Part shown: one piece after another, positions 37,402-49,832 of the stretch
How the letters are laid out: each line of letters begins with the position of its first letter
Numbering within the stretch: the stretch's first letter is position 1
Notes under the pieces: generated by a model
Databases searched by the model: none
The model's input: only the letters and a program-made list of their open reading frames with translations
What the model was told of the DNA's origin: nothing
Made by a program: the position numbers and the translations under genes
Source of the DNA: Polaromonas sp. 39-63-25
GTDB lineage: Bacteria > Pseudomonadota > Gammaproteobacteria > Burkholderiales > Burkholderiaceae_C
DNA: 64,000 nucleotides
Direction: 5' to 3'
NCBI RefSeq assembly: GCF_002278925.1
Contig: NZ_NCJH01000003.1
Span: 96,042-160,041, forward strand

Positions 37402-37442
37402 TCAGGGAGCTTGTTCAGAGCTTCCTCATCCAAGGTGAGTGA

Positions 37443-40250
<2,808 letters not shown>

Positions 40251-40272
40251 ACGGCCGCGAGGCGCTCCCTTC

Positions 40273-40364
40273 AAGCAGGGGCTGCGGAACCGGCTTTGCC
40301 GGGCCGCAGGCGCAGCGGCCCCCTCGGGGGGCAGGGAGCTACACGCAGTGAGCGACCGTGGGGG
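40273..40364 (+). repeat. Family A repeat, copy 3
   Basis: GGGGCTGCGGAACCGGCTTTGCCGGGCCGCAGGCGCAGCGGCCCCCTCGGGGGGCAGGGAGCTACACGCAGTGAGCGACCGTGGGGG, between convergent metH and comM. Confidence 0.92.
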
Positions 40365-40366
40365 CC

Positions 40367-41902
40367 TTAATTTGCTTTGAGCGCCCGCCGGTACTGCACC
40401 GCCTCGGCCACGTGGGTGAGCTGCACCGACTGCGCACCGGCCAGGTCGGCGATGGTGCGTGCCACTTTCAGGCAGCGGTGGATGCTGCGTCCCGACCAGC
40501 CTAGGCGCGCGGCCGCCGTGTTCAGAAATTTCGCTGCGGCATCGTCGAGCTGGCACTGCGCATCAATGGCCTTGCCCTGCAAGGCCTGGTTGCTGCTGCC
40601 CTGGCGCGCCGTGGCGCGTTCACGCGCCGCAACTACCCGTTGCCGGATGCTGGCCGTGCTTTCGCCTGGTGCGGCGCCCAGCAATTCCTCGGCGGCCAGT
40701 GCTCCCACTTCCACATGCAGGTCAATCCGGTCCAGCAGCGGGCCGCTGAGTTTGCCCTGGTAACGCGAGACCTGGTCCGGCGAGCAGCGGCAGGCACGCA
40801 GGCTGGAGCCGAGGTAGCCGCAGGGGCAGGGGTTCATGGCAGCGATCAGCTGGAAGCGGGCCGGAAACTCGGCGCGCCGGGCGGCGCGCGAGATCGTGAT
40901 GGTGCCCGACTCCAGCGGTTCGCGCAGGGCTTCCAGCGCGGCTCGCGGAAATTCCGGGAGTTCATCGAGGAATAAAACGCCATGGTGCGCCAGTGAAATT
41001 TCACCAGGCCGGGGCGGTGAGCCCCCGCCGACCAGGGCCACGGCGCTGGCGGTATGGTGCGGGGCGGCGGTGGGCCGGACTGCCCAGCTGTTCAGCGAAA
41101 AGCGGCCGCCGAGCGAGGCGACGGCTGCGCTTTCGAGCGCTTCGGCTGTGCTCATGGCCGGCAGCAGGCCGGCAAAACGCTGGGCCAGCATGGACTTGCC
41201 CGAACCCGGCGCGCCCACCATCAGCAGGCTGTGGCCGCCAGCGGCGGCAATCTCCAGTGCGCGCTTGGCCGCCGCCTGCCCCTTGACGTCGGACAGGTCC
41301 GGATAAGGGGTGGTGTCCTGCGGGGCGCTGGGCTGGAGCCGGACCCAGCCTTGCGTGTCCTCGGGAATCATGTCGCCCGGCAGAAATTGCCTGACCACGT
41401 CGAGCAGGTGGTGGGCCCGGTAGACCTCGGCATCCGGCACCAGCGCCGCTTCCTCGGCGCTGCCACCCGGCAACACCAGCCGGGGTCGGGGCTGACCGGT
41501 GTCCCGGCCTGGCAGGGCCAGGCTCATGGCCAGGGCGCCGCGTATGGGACGCAACTCCCCGCCCAGCGACAGCTCGCCGGCAAACTCGTAGCCTGCGAGC
41601 TTGGCGGTGTCGATCTGGCCACTGGCCGCCAGAATGCCCAGCGCAATAGGCAGATCGAATCGGCCAGAGTCCTTGGGCAGGTCGGCCGGTGCCAGGTTCA
41701 CGGTGATGCGTTTGTTGCCGGGAAACTCCAGGCCGGTGTTCTGGATGGCAGACCGCACCCGCTCACGGGCTTCCTTGACCTCTGTCTCCGCAAGGCCCAC
41801 GAGCGTGAAACTTGGCAGGCCGTTGGCCAGGTGCACTTCGACGCAGACCGGGTGCGCCTGCATACCCAGCAAGGCACGGCTCTGCACTAAAGATAAGCTC
41901 AT
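40367..41902 (-). CDS. comM: YifB/ComM Mg-chelatase-like AAA+ ATPase
   Basis: 'VNLAPADLPKDSGRFDLPIA', Walker A 'GAPGSGKS', 'PGEISLAHHGVLFLDELPEF', 'AMNPCPCG'. Confidence 0.93.
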   Translation of the reverse strand: MSLSLVQSRALLGMQAHPVCVEVHLANGLPSFTLVGLAETEVKEARERVRSAIQNTGLEFPGNKRITVNLAPADLPKDSGRFDLPIALGILAASGQIDTAKLAGYEFAGELSLGGELRPIRGALAMSLALPGRDTGQPRPRLVLPGGSAEEAALVPDAEVYRAHHLLDVVRQFLPGDMIPEDTQGWVRLQPSAPQDTTPYPDLSDVKGQAAAKRALEIAAAGGHSLLMVGAPGSGKSMLAQRFAGLLPAMSTAEALESAAVASLGGRFSLNSWAVRPTAAPHHTASAVALVGGGSPPRPGEISLAHHGVLFLDELPEFPRAALEALREPLESGTITISRAARRAEFPARFQLIAAMNPCPCGYLGSSLRACRCSPDQVSRYQGKLSGPLLDRIDLHVEVGALAAEELLGAAPGESTASIRQRVVAARERATARQGSSNQALQGKAIDAQCQLDDAAAKFLNTAAARLGWSGRSIHRCLKVARTIADLAGAQSVQLTHVAEAVQYRRALKAN

Positions 41903-41920
41903 TTGTCGATTTCTCCCTCA

Positions 41921-41962
41921 TGCACCAAAAGCGAGCATATATTGATGCACTCGTTAGGTGCG
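41921..41962. promoter_or_regulatory. Tandem NtrC-type enhancer sites
   Basis: TGCACCAAAAGCGAGCA (41921-37) and TGCACTCGTTAGGTGCG (41946-62) resemble TGCACCA-N3-TGGTGCA, about 80-120 bp upstream of a sigma54 promoter. Confidence 0.75.
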
Positions 41963-42040
41963 CATCTTGTATTTATTCCAGTTCAAGTTAACGCGTCAGC
42001 CCTTCCTGACGACGACGAAGGAGCTTCAGGCCTACAAAAT

Positions 42041-42057
42041 TTGGCACGCTCCATGCT
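42041..42057 (+). promoter_or_regulatory. Sigma54 (-24/-12) promoter of the TorF-glnK-amtB operon
   Basis: TTGGCACGCTCCATGCT: GG-N10-GC spacing exact. Confidence 0.85.
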
Positions 42058-42106
42058 AAGTGTTCATCGCGCCAAATTCCCTTTTCAACTATTTATGGAG
42101 TCCTCG

Positions 42107-42874
42107 ATGAAATCAGCCGCCAAAAAATCAATGCTGGTGATGGTACTTGCCCTGGCAGGTTCGGCCTTTGCCCAGACCGCAGCCCCTGCGCCAGACTACA
42201 CCCTGTCCTACAACGTCGGCGCCACCACCGACTACCGCTACCGCGGCATTTCGCAGACCGGCAAAAAACCAGCGCTCAATGGCGGCATCGACTACGCCCA
42301 CAAAAGCGGCTTTTACCTCGGTACCTGGGCTTCGACCATCACCTGGCTGAAAGACTCCACCGCCAACCCCAACACCACCAAGGGTCCGATCGAGATCGAC
42401 GTCTACGGCGGCTACAAAGGCGCGTTGTCCGATAGCGTGGGTTATGACGTCGGCGGCCTCTACTACTGGTATGCCGGCAACGACCTGAAAAAGACGGCAG
42501 GTTTCGTGAGCCCCAACACCTTCGAGCTGTACGGCGCGCTCACCTTCGGCATCGTTACTGCCAAATACTCGCACGCCACGACCAACCTGTTTGGCACGGC
42601 CAATAGCAAGAACAGCGGCTACCTCGACCTCAGTGCCAACTTTGACCTGGGTTCCGGCTGGTCCATCGTGCCGCACGTCGGCGCGCAGAAAATCAAGAAC
42701 GGCAATTCCTACACGGACTACTCGGTGGCGGTCAACAAGGACATCGACGGTCTGGTGGTGAGCCTCGCGGTAGTGGGCACCAGCGGCCTGGGCGGCCCCT
42801 ACACTCTGGTTGGTTCGGGCACCCGGGATCTTGCCAAGGATGGCCTGGTCCTGTCCGTCAAGAAAAGTTTCTGA
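42107..42874 (+). CDS. TorF-family putative outer-membrane porin (TIGR02001/NlmA-like)
   Basis: Signal peptide, 'TTDYRYRGISQT...PALNGGIDY', 'GTWAS', C-terminal Phe. Confidence 0.85.
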   Translation: MKSAAKKSMLVMVLALAGSAFAQTAAPAPDYTLSYNVGATTDYRYRGISQTGKKPALNGGIDYAHKSGFYLGTWASTITWLKDSTANPNTTKGPIEIDVYGGYKGALSDSVGYDVGGLYYWYAGNDLKKTAGFVSPNTFELYGALTFGIVTAKYSHATTNLFGTANSKNSGYLDLSANFDLGSGWSIVPHVGAQKIKNGNSYTDYSVAVNKDIDGLVVSLAVVGTSGLGGPYTLVGSGTRDLAKDGLVLSVKKSF

Positions 42875-42896
42875 AATAACACGGCTTAGAAGCTGA

Positions 42897-43250
<354 letters not shown>

Positions 43251-43278
43251 GCCTCAACCCTCAAAAAGAGAAATAGAC

Positions 43279-44796
43279 ATGAAAAAACTACTTGCCTCCC
43301 TGGCTCTGGGACTGAGCTTGCTGACTTCCGGCGCCGCCGTGCTGGCGCAGGCGCCAGCGGCTGCCCCCGCGGCGTCTGAAGCCGTTGCACCGGCGGCTGC
43401 TCCTGCCGCAGTGGCTGCACCGGCTGCGGCCGAAGCAGCGGCGCCTGCCGCACCTGTTGCCGTGCCCAACAAGGGCGATACCGCCTGGATGATGGTCTCG
43501 ACCATGCTGGTGATCCTGATGACCATCCCCGGTCTGGCCCTGTTCTATGGCGGACTGGTCCGCAGCAAGAACATGCTGTCTGTGCTCATGCAGGTCATGG
43601 TCACCTTCTCGATGATCACCGTGTTGTGGTTCATCTACGGCTACAGCCTGGCTTTTACCGAGGGCAATGCGTTCTTCGGCGGCTTTGACCGGCTGTTCAT
43701 GAAGGGTGTCTGGGACAACGTTGCGGGTACCTTCGCCAACGGCGCAACCTTCAGCAAGGGGGTTGTGATACCCGAGATCATCTTCGCAGCCTTCCAGGCC
43801 ACCTTCGCCGGCATCACCTGCGCACTGATCGTCGGCGCCTTTGCCGAACGCATGAAGTTTTCCGCCGTGCTGATGTTCATGGTCATCTGGTTCACCTTCA
43901 GCTACGCACCGATGGCGCACATGGTGTGGTTCTGGATGGGCCCTGACGCCTACACCGCCAAGGAAGTTGTTGACGAGATGACCTCCAAAGCCGGTTACAT
44001 CTGGCAGTCGGGTGCGCTTGATTTCGCCGGCGGTACCGTCGTGCACATCAACGCCGCTGTCGCCGGCCTGGTCGGTGCCTACATGGTGGGCAAACGCATT
44101 GGTTACGGCAAGGAAGCCATGGCGCCGCACAGCCTGACACTGACCATGGTCGGGTCCGCCCTGCTGTGGGTGGGCTGGTTCGGTTTCAACGCCGGTTCCG
44201 CCCTGGAAGCCAACGGCTTTGCCGCCCTGGCCTTCATCAACACCCTGGGTGCCACGGCAGCCGCGGTGCTGGCCTGGTGTGTCGGTGAAGCGCTGATGCG
44301 CGGCAAGGCGTCGATGCTGGGTGCAGCCTCCGGCGCAGTCGCTGGTCTGGTGGCGATCACGCCGGCAGCCGGCAACGTCGGCATCGGCGGCGGCCTGATC
44401 ATTGGTCTGGTGGCTGGTTTTGCCTGCCTCTGGGGTGTCAATGGCCTGAAGAAAATGCTGGGTGCGGACGACTCGCTCGACGTGTTCGGCGTGCACGGCA
44501 TCGGCGGTATCCTCGGCGCGCTGCTGACCGGCGTGTTCAACTCCCCAAGCCTGGGTGGCCCCGGCTACGTGGCAGACTGGGTCACGGCCACCATGGTGAC
44601 GGCGGCGGATTACTCCATCGTTGCCCAGGTCTGGATCCAGCTCAAGGCTGTGTTGATCACGGTGGTCTGGTCCGGTGTGGTTTCCTTCATCGCCTACAAG
44701 GTGGTGGACCTGACCATCGGTCTGCGTGTCAGCGAAGAAGACGAGCGCGAAGGCCTCGACATCACGTCGCACGGCGAAACCGCCTACAGCCGCTGA
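43279..44796 (+). CDS. amtB: Ammonium transporter
   Basis: 'PGLALFYGGLVRSKN', 'DFAGGTVVH', 'GWFGFNAGS', 'DVFGVHG', 'GLDITSHGE'. Confidence 0.97.
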   Translation: MKKLLASLALGLSLLTSGAAVLAQAPAAAPAASEAVAPAAAPAAVAAPAAAEAAAPAAPVAVPNKGDTAWMMVSTMLVILMTIPGLALFYGGLVRSKNMLSVLMQVMVTFSMITVLWFIYGYSLAFTEGNAFFGGFDRLFMKGVWDNVAGTFANGATFSKGVVIPEIIFAAFQATFAGITCALIVGAFAERMKFSAVLMFMVIWFTFSYAPMAHMVWFWMGPDAYTAKEVVDEMTSKAGYIWQSGALDFAGGTVVHINAAVAGLVGAYMVGKRIGYGKEAMAPHSLTLTMVGSALLWVGWFGFNAGSALEANGFAALAFINTLGATAAAVLAWCVGEALMRGKASMLGAASGAVAGLVAITPAAGNVGIGGGLIIGLVAGFACLWGVNGLKKMLGADDSLDVFGVHGIGGILGALLTGVFNSPSLGGPGYVADWVTATMVTAADYSIVAQVWIQLKAVLITVVWSGVVSFIAYKVVDLTIGLRVSEEDEREGLDITSHGETAYSR

Positions 44797-44880
44797 CCGG
44801 CACAAGCCGTGGCCGTCTCCGGGTGGCCACGGCGGCTTGAATGAATTTGGGATAAATAGCGAGAGTCTCCTTTGGATGTT

Positions 44881-44919
44881 GAGCCCGCAAGAACTCCGGT
44901 TCTGGCGGGCTTTTTTTTT
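44881..44919 (+). terminator. Strong intrinsic terminator
   Basis: GAGCCCGC-AAGAAC-TCCG-GTTCT-GGCGGGCTT followed by a long T-run. Confidence 0.85.
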
Positions 44920-44967
44920 GCCTGGGCGGTTTGTCCACCGTGCACAATGTCGGCAGGAGACTTGCCC

Positions 44968-45834
44968 ATGACCGAGCCCATCACCTTGTCCAGCGCCAGC
45001 CTGCGTTGTGACATCAAGCCCGACCTGGGCGGTTGCATCACCGGCCTCTGGCTCGGCGACCTGCCTGTGCTGCGTTCGACGCCCGCCGGCGAGCTGATGT
45101 CGGTGCGCCTGGCCGGCAGTTATCCGCTGGTGCCGTTTTCCAACCGTGTCGGCCATGCCACGCTGAAGTGGCAGGGCACCAGCCATCCGCTGGTGCAGAA
45201 CAACGGGCCGGAGCCGCATGCCATCCATGGCCTGGGCTGGCAGCGGCCCTGGCAGGTGCTCGACCAGGACGAGCAGCTGCTGATGCTCGCTTTCGAACAC
45301 AGCGCCGACGCCGCCTGGCCGTTTGCCTTTGACGCCTCGCAGACTTTTCGCCTCAGTGGCAACACCCTCGAACTCACGCTGAGCATGACCAACCAGTCGG
45401 CCACACCGGCGCCGGCCGGTCTGGGCTGGCACCCCTACTTTGTCAAGCGCAACCGCAGCCGTATTGCGTTTGAAGCGACCGGGCGCAGGGAGATGAACGA
45501 GGAAAAACTGCCGACGCACCGCCTGCCGGCGCACGGACTCGACGTGGACTGCGCCGCGCTCGATGTGGACCACTGCTTTGACGGCTGGAACGGCGTGGTG
45601 CACCTGCGTGATGAAAAAATGCACACACGCATAGCGTCCAACCTCGGCCGCCTGGTGGTGTTCACCAACCCGAAGCGCGACTTTGTGGCGATCGAGCCGG
45701 TCAGCCATGTCAACAATGCCGTCAACCTGCTGCAGGCCGGGGCGGGCCAGGTCGATGAGCTGGGCATCCAGGTGCTGGCACCGGGCGAATCCATGAGTGC
45801 CCAGATGAGCATCCAAGTGGAGTCCGCCGCATGA
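44968..45834 (+). CDS. Aldose 1-epimerase family protein
   Basis: 'YPLVPFSNRV', 'HAIHG', 'GLGWHPYF', 'FVAIEP'. Confidence 0.88.
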   Translation: MTEPITLSSASLRCDIKPDLGGCITGLWLGDLPVLRSTPAGELMSVRLAGSYPLVPFSNRVGHATLKWQGTSHPLVQNNGPEPHAIHGLGWQRPWQVLDQDEQLLMLAFEHSADAAWPFAFDASQTFRLSGNTLELTLSMTNQSATPAPAGLGWHPYFVKRNRSRIAFEATGRREMNEEKLPTHRLPAHGLDVDCAALDVDHCFDGWNGVVHLRDEKMHTRIASNLGRLVVFTNPKRDFVAIEPVSHVNNAVNLLQAGAGQVDELGIQVLAPGESMSAQMSIQVESAA

Positions 45835-46763
45835 GCTGGACGACCACGGTTGCGCAGCCCAGCGAACTGGGCGAATCGCCGTTCTGGCACCCCGACGAGC
45901 AGCTGCTTTACTGGGTCGATATTGCGGGTAAAAAAATTCACCGCAGCAATGTGTTCATGGGCACGGTGGAAAGCTGGGCCATGGCGGCGCCGCATGAGCT
46001 GGAGCCCGGCTGCATCGCACCGGCGCGCAGCGGCGGGCTTGTGGTTGCGCTGCGCGACGGCATCTATCGGGCGCGGACCTGGGGCGGTGCGCTGGAGAAG
46101 CTGGCTGATGCCGCGCACGACCCGCGAACCACCCGCTTCAACGACGGCAAATGTGATCCGCTGGGTCGCTTCTGGGCCGGCACGATCTACGAGCCGCGCG
46201 CTGCGCGCGAAGCGGCGCTGTATTGCCTGGACGGCCGGGCGGGCCACACACCGGCGCTGGTGCGCATGGCCGGCGACGCGACCGTGGGCAACGGCCTGGC
46301 CTGGTCGGCCGACAGCCGGACCCTGTACTGGGCCGACACGACCGGCCATGTCATCCGCGCCTGGGACTGGGACGCCGCCGGCAACACCCTGGCCCGGCAG
46401 CGCGTGTTCCGGCAGTTCCCGCCCAAGCCGCCCGGCTGGCAGGCCGGCATGCCGGGTTATGGCGGCCGACCCGACGGCGCAGCAGTGGACAGCCAGGGCA
46501 ATTACTGGGTGGCCATGTACGAGGGCGGGCGCGTGCTCAAGCTGTCGCCGGGCGGCGAACTGCTGGCCGACATCCCCACCCCCGTGGTGTGCCCGACCAT
46601 GGTGTGTTTTGGCGGCGACGACCTGCAGACGCTGTACCTGACCACGGCGCGTCACGGGCGACCCGCCGCCGAACTCGAAGTACTGCCGCAGTCCGGTTGC
46701 GTGTTTTCCATGCGTGTCGATGTGCCCGGTCTGCCCGTCCATTTTTTCGCGGACGCGGGTTGA
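45831..46763 (+). CDS. SMP-30/gluconolactonase family protein
   Basis: 'LGESPFW', 'RFNDGKCDPLGRFWAG', 'GNGLAWS', 'PDGAAVDSQGNYWVA'. Confidence 0.9.
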   Translation: MSWTTTVAQPSELGESPFWHPDEQLLYWVDIAGKKIHRSNVFMGTVESWAMAAPHELEPGCIAPARSGGLVVALRDGIYRARTWGGALEKLADAAHDPRTTRFNDGKCDPLGRFWAGTIYEPRAAREAALYCLDGRAGHTPALVRMAGDATVGNGLAWSADSRTLYWADTTGHVIRAWDWDAAGNTLARQRVFRQFPPKPPGWQAGMPGYGGRPDGAAVDSQGNYWVAMYEGGRVLKLSPGGELLADIPTPVVCPTMVCFGGDDLQTLYLTTARHGRPAAELEVLPQSGCVFSMRVDVPGLPVHFFADAG

Positions 46764-46839
46764 AGCCCCCAAAAAAGCGAACAGCCGCCGTTCAAAAATA
46801 TCAACCCCGGCCGACCGGCGTCCCCTTACCATCAGCACC

Positions 46840-47937
46840 ATGGACTCAGCGCTTCAATTGATCATCGACCAGGTGCAGGCGGCAGCCGCCAGCGGCACGC
46901 CACTGCGCATCCGCGGCGGCGGCAGCAAGGACTTCTACGGCCAGACGCTGCAGGGCGAGGTGCTGGATGTCACGCCGCTGGCGGGCATCACCAGTTACGA
47001 GCCCACCGAACTGGTGGTCACCGCGCGGGCCGGCACGCCGCTGGCCGAGCTCGAGGCGGTGCTGGCGGAACGCGGCCAGTGCCTGCCTTTCGAGCCGCCC
47101 CACTTCGGGCCGGGCGCCACGGTGGGGGGCATGGTTGCAGCCGGCCTGAGCGGCCCGGCGCGCGCCAGTGTGGGTGCCGTGCGCGACTACGTGCTGGGCG
47201 TCACCCTGCTCAACGGCAAGGGCGAGTTGCTGACCTTCGGCGGTCAGGTCATGAAAAACGTGGCGGGTTACGACGTCTCCCGGCTGATGGCGGGTGCCAT
47301 GGGCACACTGGGGCTGCTCACGGAAATCAGCCTCAAGGTGTTGCCGGTGGCGCCAGCCGAAGCCACGCTGAAGTTCGGAATGAGCCAGTCAGAGGCCCTG
47401 GCAAAGTTGAACAGCTGGGGCGGGCAGCCGCTGCCGCTCAACGCCAGCTGCTGGGTCGACGACGCCGGTGCCCCCACCCTGTACCTGCGTTTGCGCGGCG
47501 CCGTCGCAGCGGTCGAGGCCGCCTGCAAAACACTGGGCGGCGAGCGCCAGGACAATGCCGCGACGGCACCCGACTGGACCTTGTGCCGCGACCAGCAGTT
47601 GCCGTGGTTTCTGGAGCGCGGCGAGCAGGACTTGTGGCGGCTGTCGGTGCCGCAGACCGCACCGGTGCTGGACCTGCCCGAGCCGCCGCTGGTCGAATGG
47701 CACGGGGCGCAGCGCTGGGTGCGGGCTGCCGCCGGTGAGGCGCAGCGCCTGCGCGATGCTGCTGCGGCTGTTGGCGGAAGCGCTACGCTTTTCATAGCTG
47801 ATGGCGCTCATGTGGAAAGGGCTGAGGGCCGATTTGACCCCTTGAAGCCACCTCTGGACCGGATTCACCGCCAGCTCAAGAAAGAGTTCGATCCCTCCGG
47901 GATTTTCAATCGCGGCCGCCTCTACCCGGACTTCTGA
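46840..47937 (+). CDS. glcE: Glycolate oxidase FAD-binding subunit
   Basis: 'GGGSKDFYG', 'YEPTELVVTARAGT', 'GGQVMKNVAGYDVSRL'. Confidence 0.93.
   Translation: MDSALQLIIDQVQAAAASGTPLRIRGGGSKDFYGQTLQGEVLDVTPLAGITSYEPTELVVTARAGTPLAELEAVLAERGQCLPFEPPHFGPGATVGGMVAAGLSGPARASVGAVRDYVLGVTLLNGKGELLTFGGQVMKNVAGYDVSRLMAGAMGTLGLLTEISLKVLPVAPAEATLKFGMSQSEALAKLNSWGGQPLPLNASCWVDDAGAPTLYLRLRGAVAAVEAACKTLGGERQDNAATAPDWTLCRDQQLPWFLERGEQDLWRLSVPQTAPVLDLPEPPLVEWHGAQRWVRAAAGEAQRLRDAAAAVGGSATLFIADGAHVERAEGRFDPLKPPLDRIHRQLKKEFDPSGIFNRGRLYPDF
47782..47846 (+). repeat. Family B repeat read in frame inside glcE
   Basis: GCTACGCTTTTCATAGC-tgatg-GCGC-N11-GGGCTGAGGGCCGATTTG; encodes ATLFIADGAHVERAEGRFD. Confidence 0.85.
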
Positions 47938-49163
47938 TGCAAACCCACCTCGCCCCCGAATTCAAGAACACCGCCGACGGCCAGGCGGCCGAGGCGATTT
48001 TGCGCAAATGTGTGCACTGCGGTTTCTGCACTGCGACCTGCCCGACCTACCAGCTGCTCGGTGACGAACTCGACGGCCCGCGCGGGCGCATCTACCTGAT
48101 CAAGCAGGTGCTCGAAGGCCAGGCGCCGACGCGCAAGACCCAGCTGCATCTGGACCGCTGCCTGACCTGCCGCAATTGCGAGACCACCTGCCCCAGCGGC
48201 GTGCAGTACGGCCACCTGATCGACATCGGCCGCAAGCTGGTCGATGAACGGGTGCCGCGGCCCACTTCCGAGAGCGTGGTGCGCTGGGCGCTGAAGGAAG
48301 GCTTGCCGTCACCGCTGTTTGCACCGGCCATGAAACTCGGTCAGGCCGTGCGTGGCCTGTTGCCGGCGGCGCTGAAGAACAAGGTGCCCGCGCGCCAGCC
48401 GGCGGGCCAGTGGCCGCAGCGTGAACACGCCCGCAAGATGCTGATGCTGGCCGGTTGCGTGCAGCCCGCCATGATGCCCAACATCAACACCGCGACGGCG
48501 CGTGTGCTCGACGCGGCGGGCATCCAGACCGTGGTGGCAGCCAAGGCCGGCTGCTGTGGCGCGGTGAAGTTTCACCTGAACGACCAGGACGGCGGCAAGG
48601 CCGAGATGCGCCGCAACATCGACGCCTGGTGGCCGCATGTGGAGGCTGGTGTCGAGGCCATCGTCATGAACGCCTCGGGCTGCGGCGTCACCGTCAAGGA
48701 GTACGGTTACCACTTGCAGGACGATGCGGCGTATGCGGCCAAGGCGGCGCGTATCAGCGAACTGACGCGCGACCTGAGCGAGCTGCTGCCCGAACTGGTG
48801 GCGTCGCTGCGCGGCCGGGTGGCCGCCAGCGCTGCGCCTATCGCGTTTCATCCGCCTTGCACGCTGCAGCACGGCCAGCAGCTGCGCGGCGGTGTTGAGC
48901 AACACCTGGGCGCCCTGGGTTTCGACGTGAAGGTCGCCAGCTGCGAAGCGCATCTGTGCTGCGGTTCGGCCGGCACCTACTCCGTGCTGAACCCGGAGAT
49001 CGCCTTCCAGCTGCGCGACCGCAAGCTGGCGAATCTGGGCGAGATGGCGCCCGAGGTGATTGTGTCGGCCAACATCGGCTGCATCACGCACCTGCAAAGC
49101 GGCACGGCCACGCCGGTGCGGCACTGGATCGAAGTGCTCGACGAGGCGCTATCAAATAAATAG
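47937..49163 (+). CDS. glcF: Glycolate oxidase iron-sulfur subunit
   Basis: 'CVHCGFCTATCP', 'CLTCRNCETTCP', two CCG domains. Confidence 0.95.
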   Translation: MQTHLAPEFKNTADGQAAEAILRKCVHCGFCTATCPTYQLLGDELDGPRGRIYLIKQVLEGQAPTRKTQLHLDRCLTCRNCETTCPSGVQYGHLIDIGRKLVDERVPRPTSESVVRWALKEGLPSPLFAPAMKLGQAVRGLLPAALKNKVPARQPAGQWPQREHARKMLMLAGCVQPAMMPNINTATARVLDAAGIQTVVAAKAGCCGAVKFHLNDQDGGKAEMRRNIDAWWPHVEAGVEAIVMNASGCGVTVKEYGYHLQDDAAYAAKAARISELTRDLSELLPELVASLRGRVAASAAPIAFHPPCTLQHGQQLRGGVEQHLGALGFDVKVASCEAHLCCGSAGTYSVLNPEIAFQLRDRKLANLGEMAPEVIVSANIGCITHLQSGTATPVRHWIEVLDEALSNK

Positions 49164-49210
49164 CTGCTTGCGCCCGTCCATCAAGGGCTGAAGGCAACTT
49201 TCTTCTGAAA
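49148..49210 (+). repeat. Family B repeat supplying the glcF C-terminus and stop codon
   Basis: GCTATCAAATAAATAGC-tgctt-GCGC-N11-GGGCTGAAGGC; TAG at 49161-63 lies in the repeat head. Confidence 0.88.
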
Positions 49211-49696
49211 TCAGGCGGCCAGCGCAGCTTCCACGTCTTTCGCCAGGTCGGCCGGTTTGTCGGTCGGTGCATAACGCCGGATCACCTGACCGTCCTTGCC
49301 GACCAGGAACTTGGTGAAGTTCCACTTGATGGCCTTGCTGCCCAGCAGGCCGGGCGCTTCGGACGACAGCCACTTGTACAGCGGGTGCGCGGCCGGGCCG
49401 TTGACGTCGATCTTGCCCATCATTGGAAAACTCACGCCATAGTTGACCTGGCAGAACTCGGCAATCTCGCCGTCGGCGCCCGGGTCCTGGGAGCCGAACT
49501 GGTTGCAGGGGAAACCCAGCACCACCAGGCCCTTGCCGGTGTAGGCCTTGTGCAGCTCTTCAAGGCCGCCGAACTGCGGCGTGAAGCCGCATTGGCTGGC
49601 CGTGTTCACGATCAGCATGACCTTGCCCTTGAATTGCGAAAGCGCAATGTCCTGGCCGTTGATCTGCCGGGCTTCGAAGTCGTAAATGCTGCTCAT
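49211..49696 (-). CDS. Glutathione peroxidase family (Cys-type)
   Basis: 'NTASQCGFTPQ', 'GFPCNQF', 'KWNFTKFL'. Confidence 0.94.
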   Translation of the reverse strand: MSSIYDFEARQINGQDIALSQFKGKVMLIVNTASQCGFTPQFGGLEELHKAYTGKGLVVLGFPCNQFGSQDPGADGEIAEFCQVNYGVSFPMMGKIDVNGPAAHPLYKWLSSEAPGLLGSKAIKWNFTKFLVGKDGQVIRRYAPTDKPADLAKDVEAALAA

Positions 49697-49760
49697 GGCG
49701 CGCTCCTGGTTGGACCTGCCACTGTACTGCAGCGAATGAACGGAGGGGGGATGTTTTTCC

Positions 49761-49832
49761 GCCGGGCCGCCCCGAGGAAAAATGCGCCCCCTCGGGGGGC
49801 AGAGAGCTACGCGCAGCGAGCGAACGTGGGGG
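49761..49832 (+). repeat. Family A repeat, copy 4 (variant left module)
   Basis: Shares GCCCCCTCGGGGGGCAGAGAGCTACGCGCAGCGAGCGAACGTGGGGG; left part is GGGCCGCCCCGAGGAAAAAT instead. Confidence 0.85.

Noticed and set aside
43321-43470. Ala/Pro-rich repeats at the AmtB N-terminus
   Set aside because: This is a low-complexity linker after the signal peptide, common in proteobacterial AmtB, with no exact DNA tandem unit.
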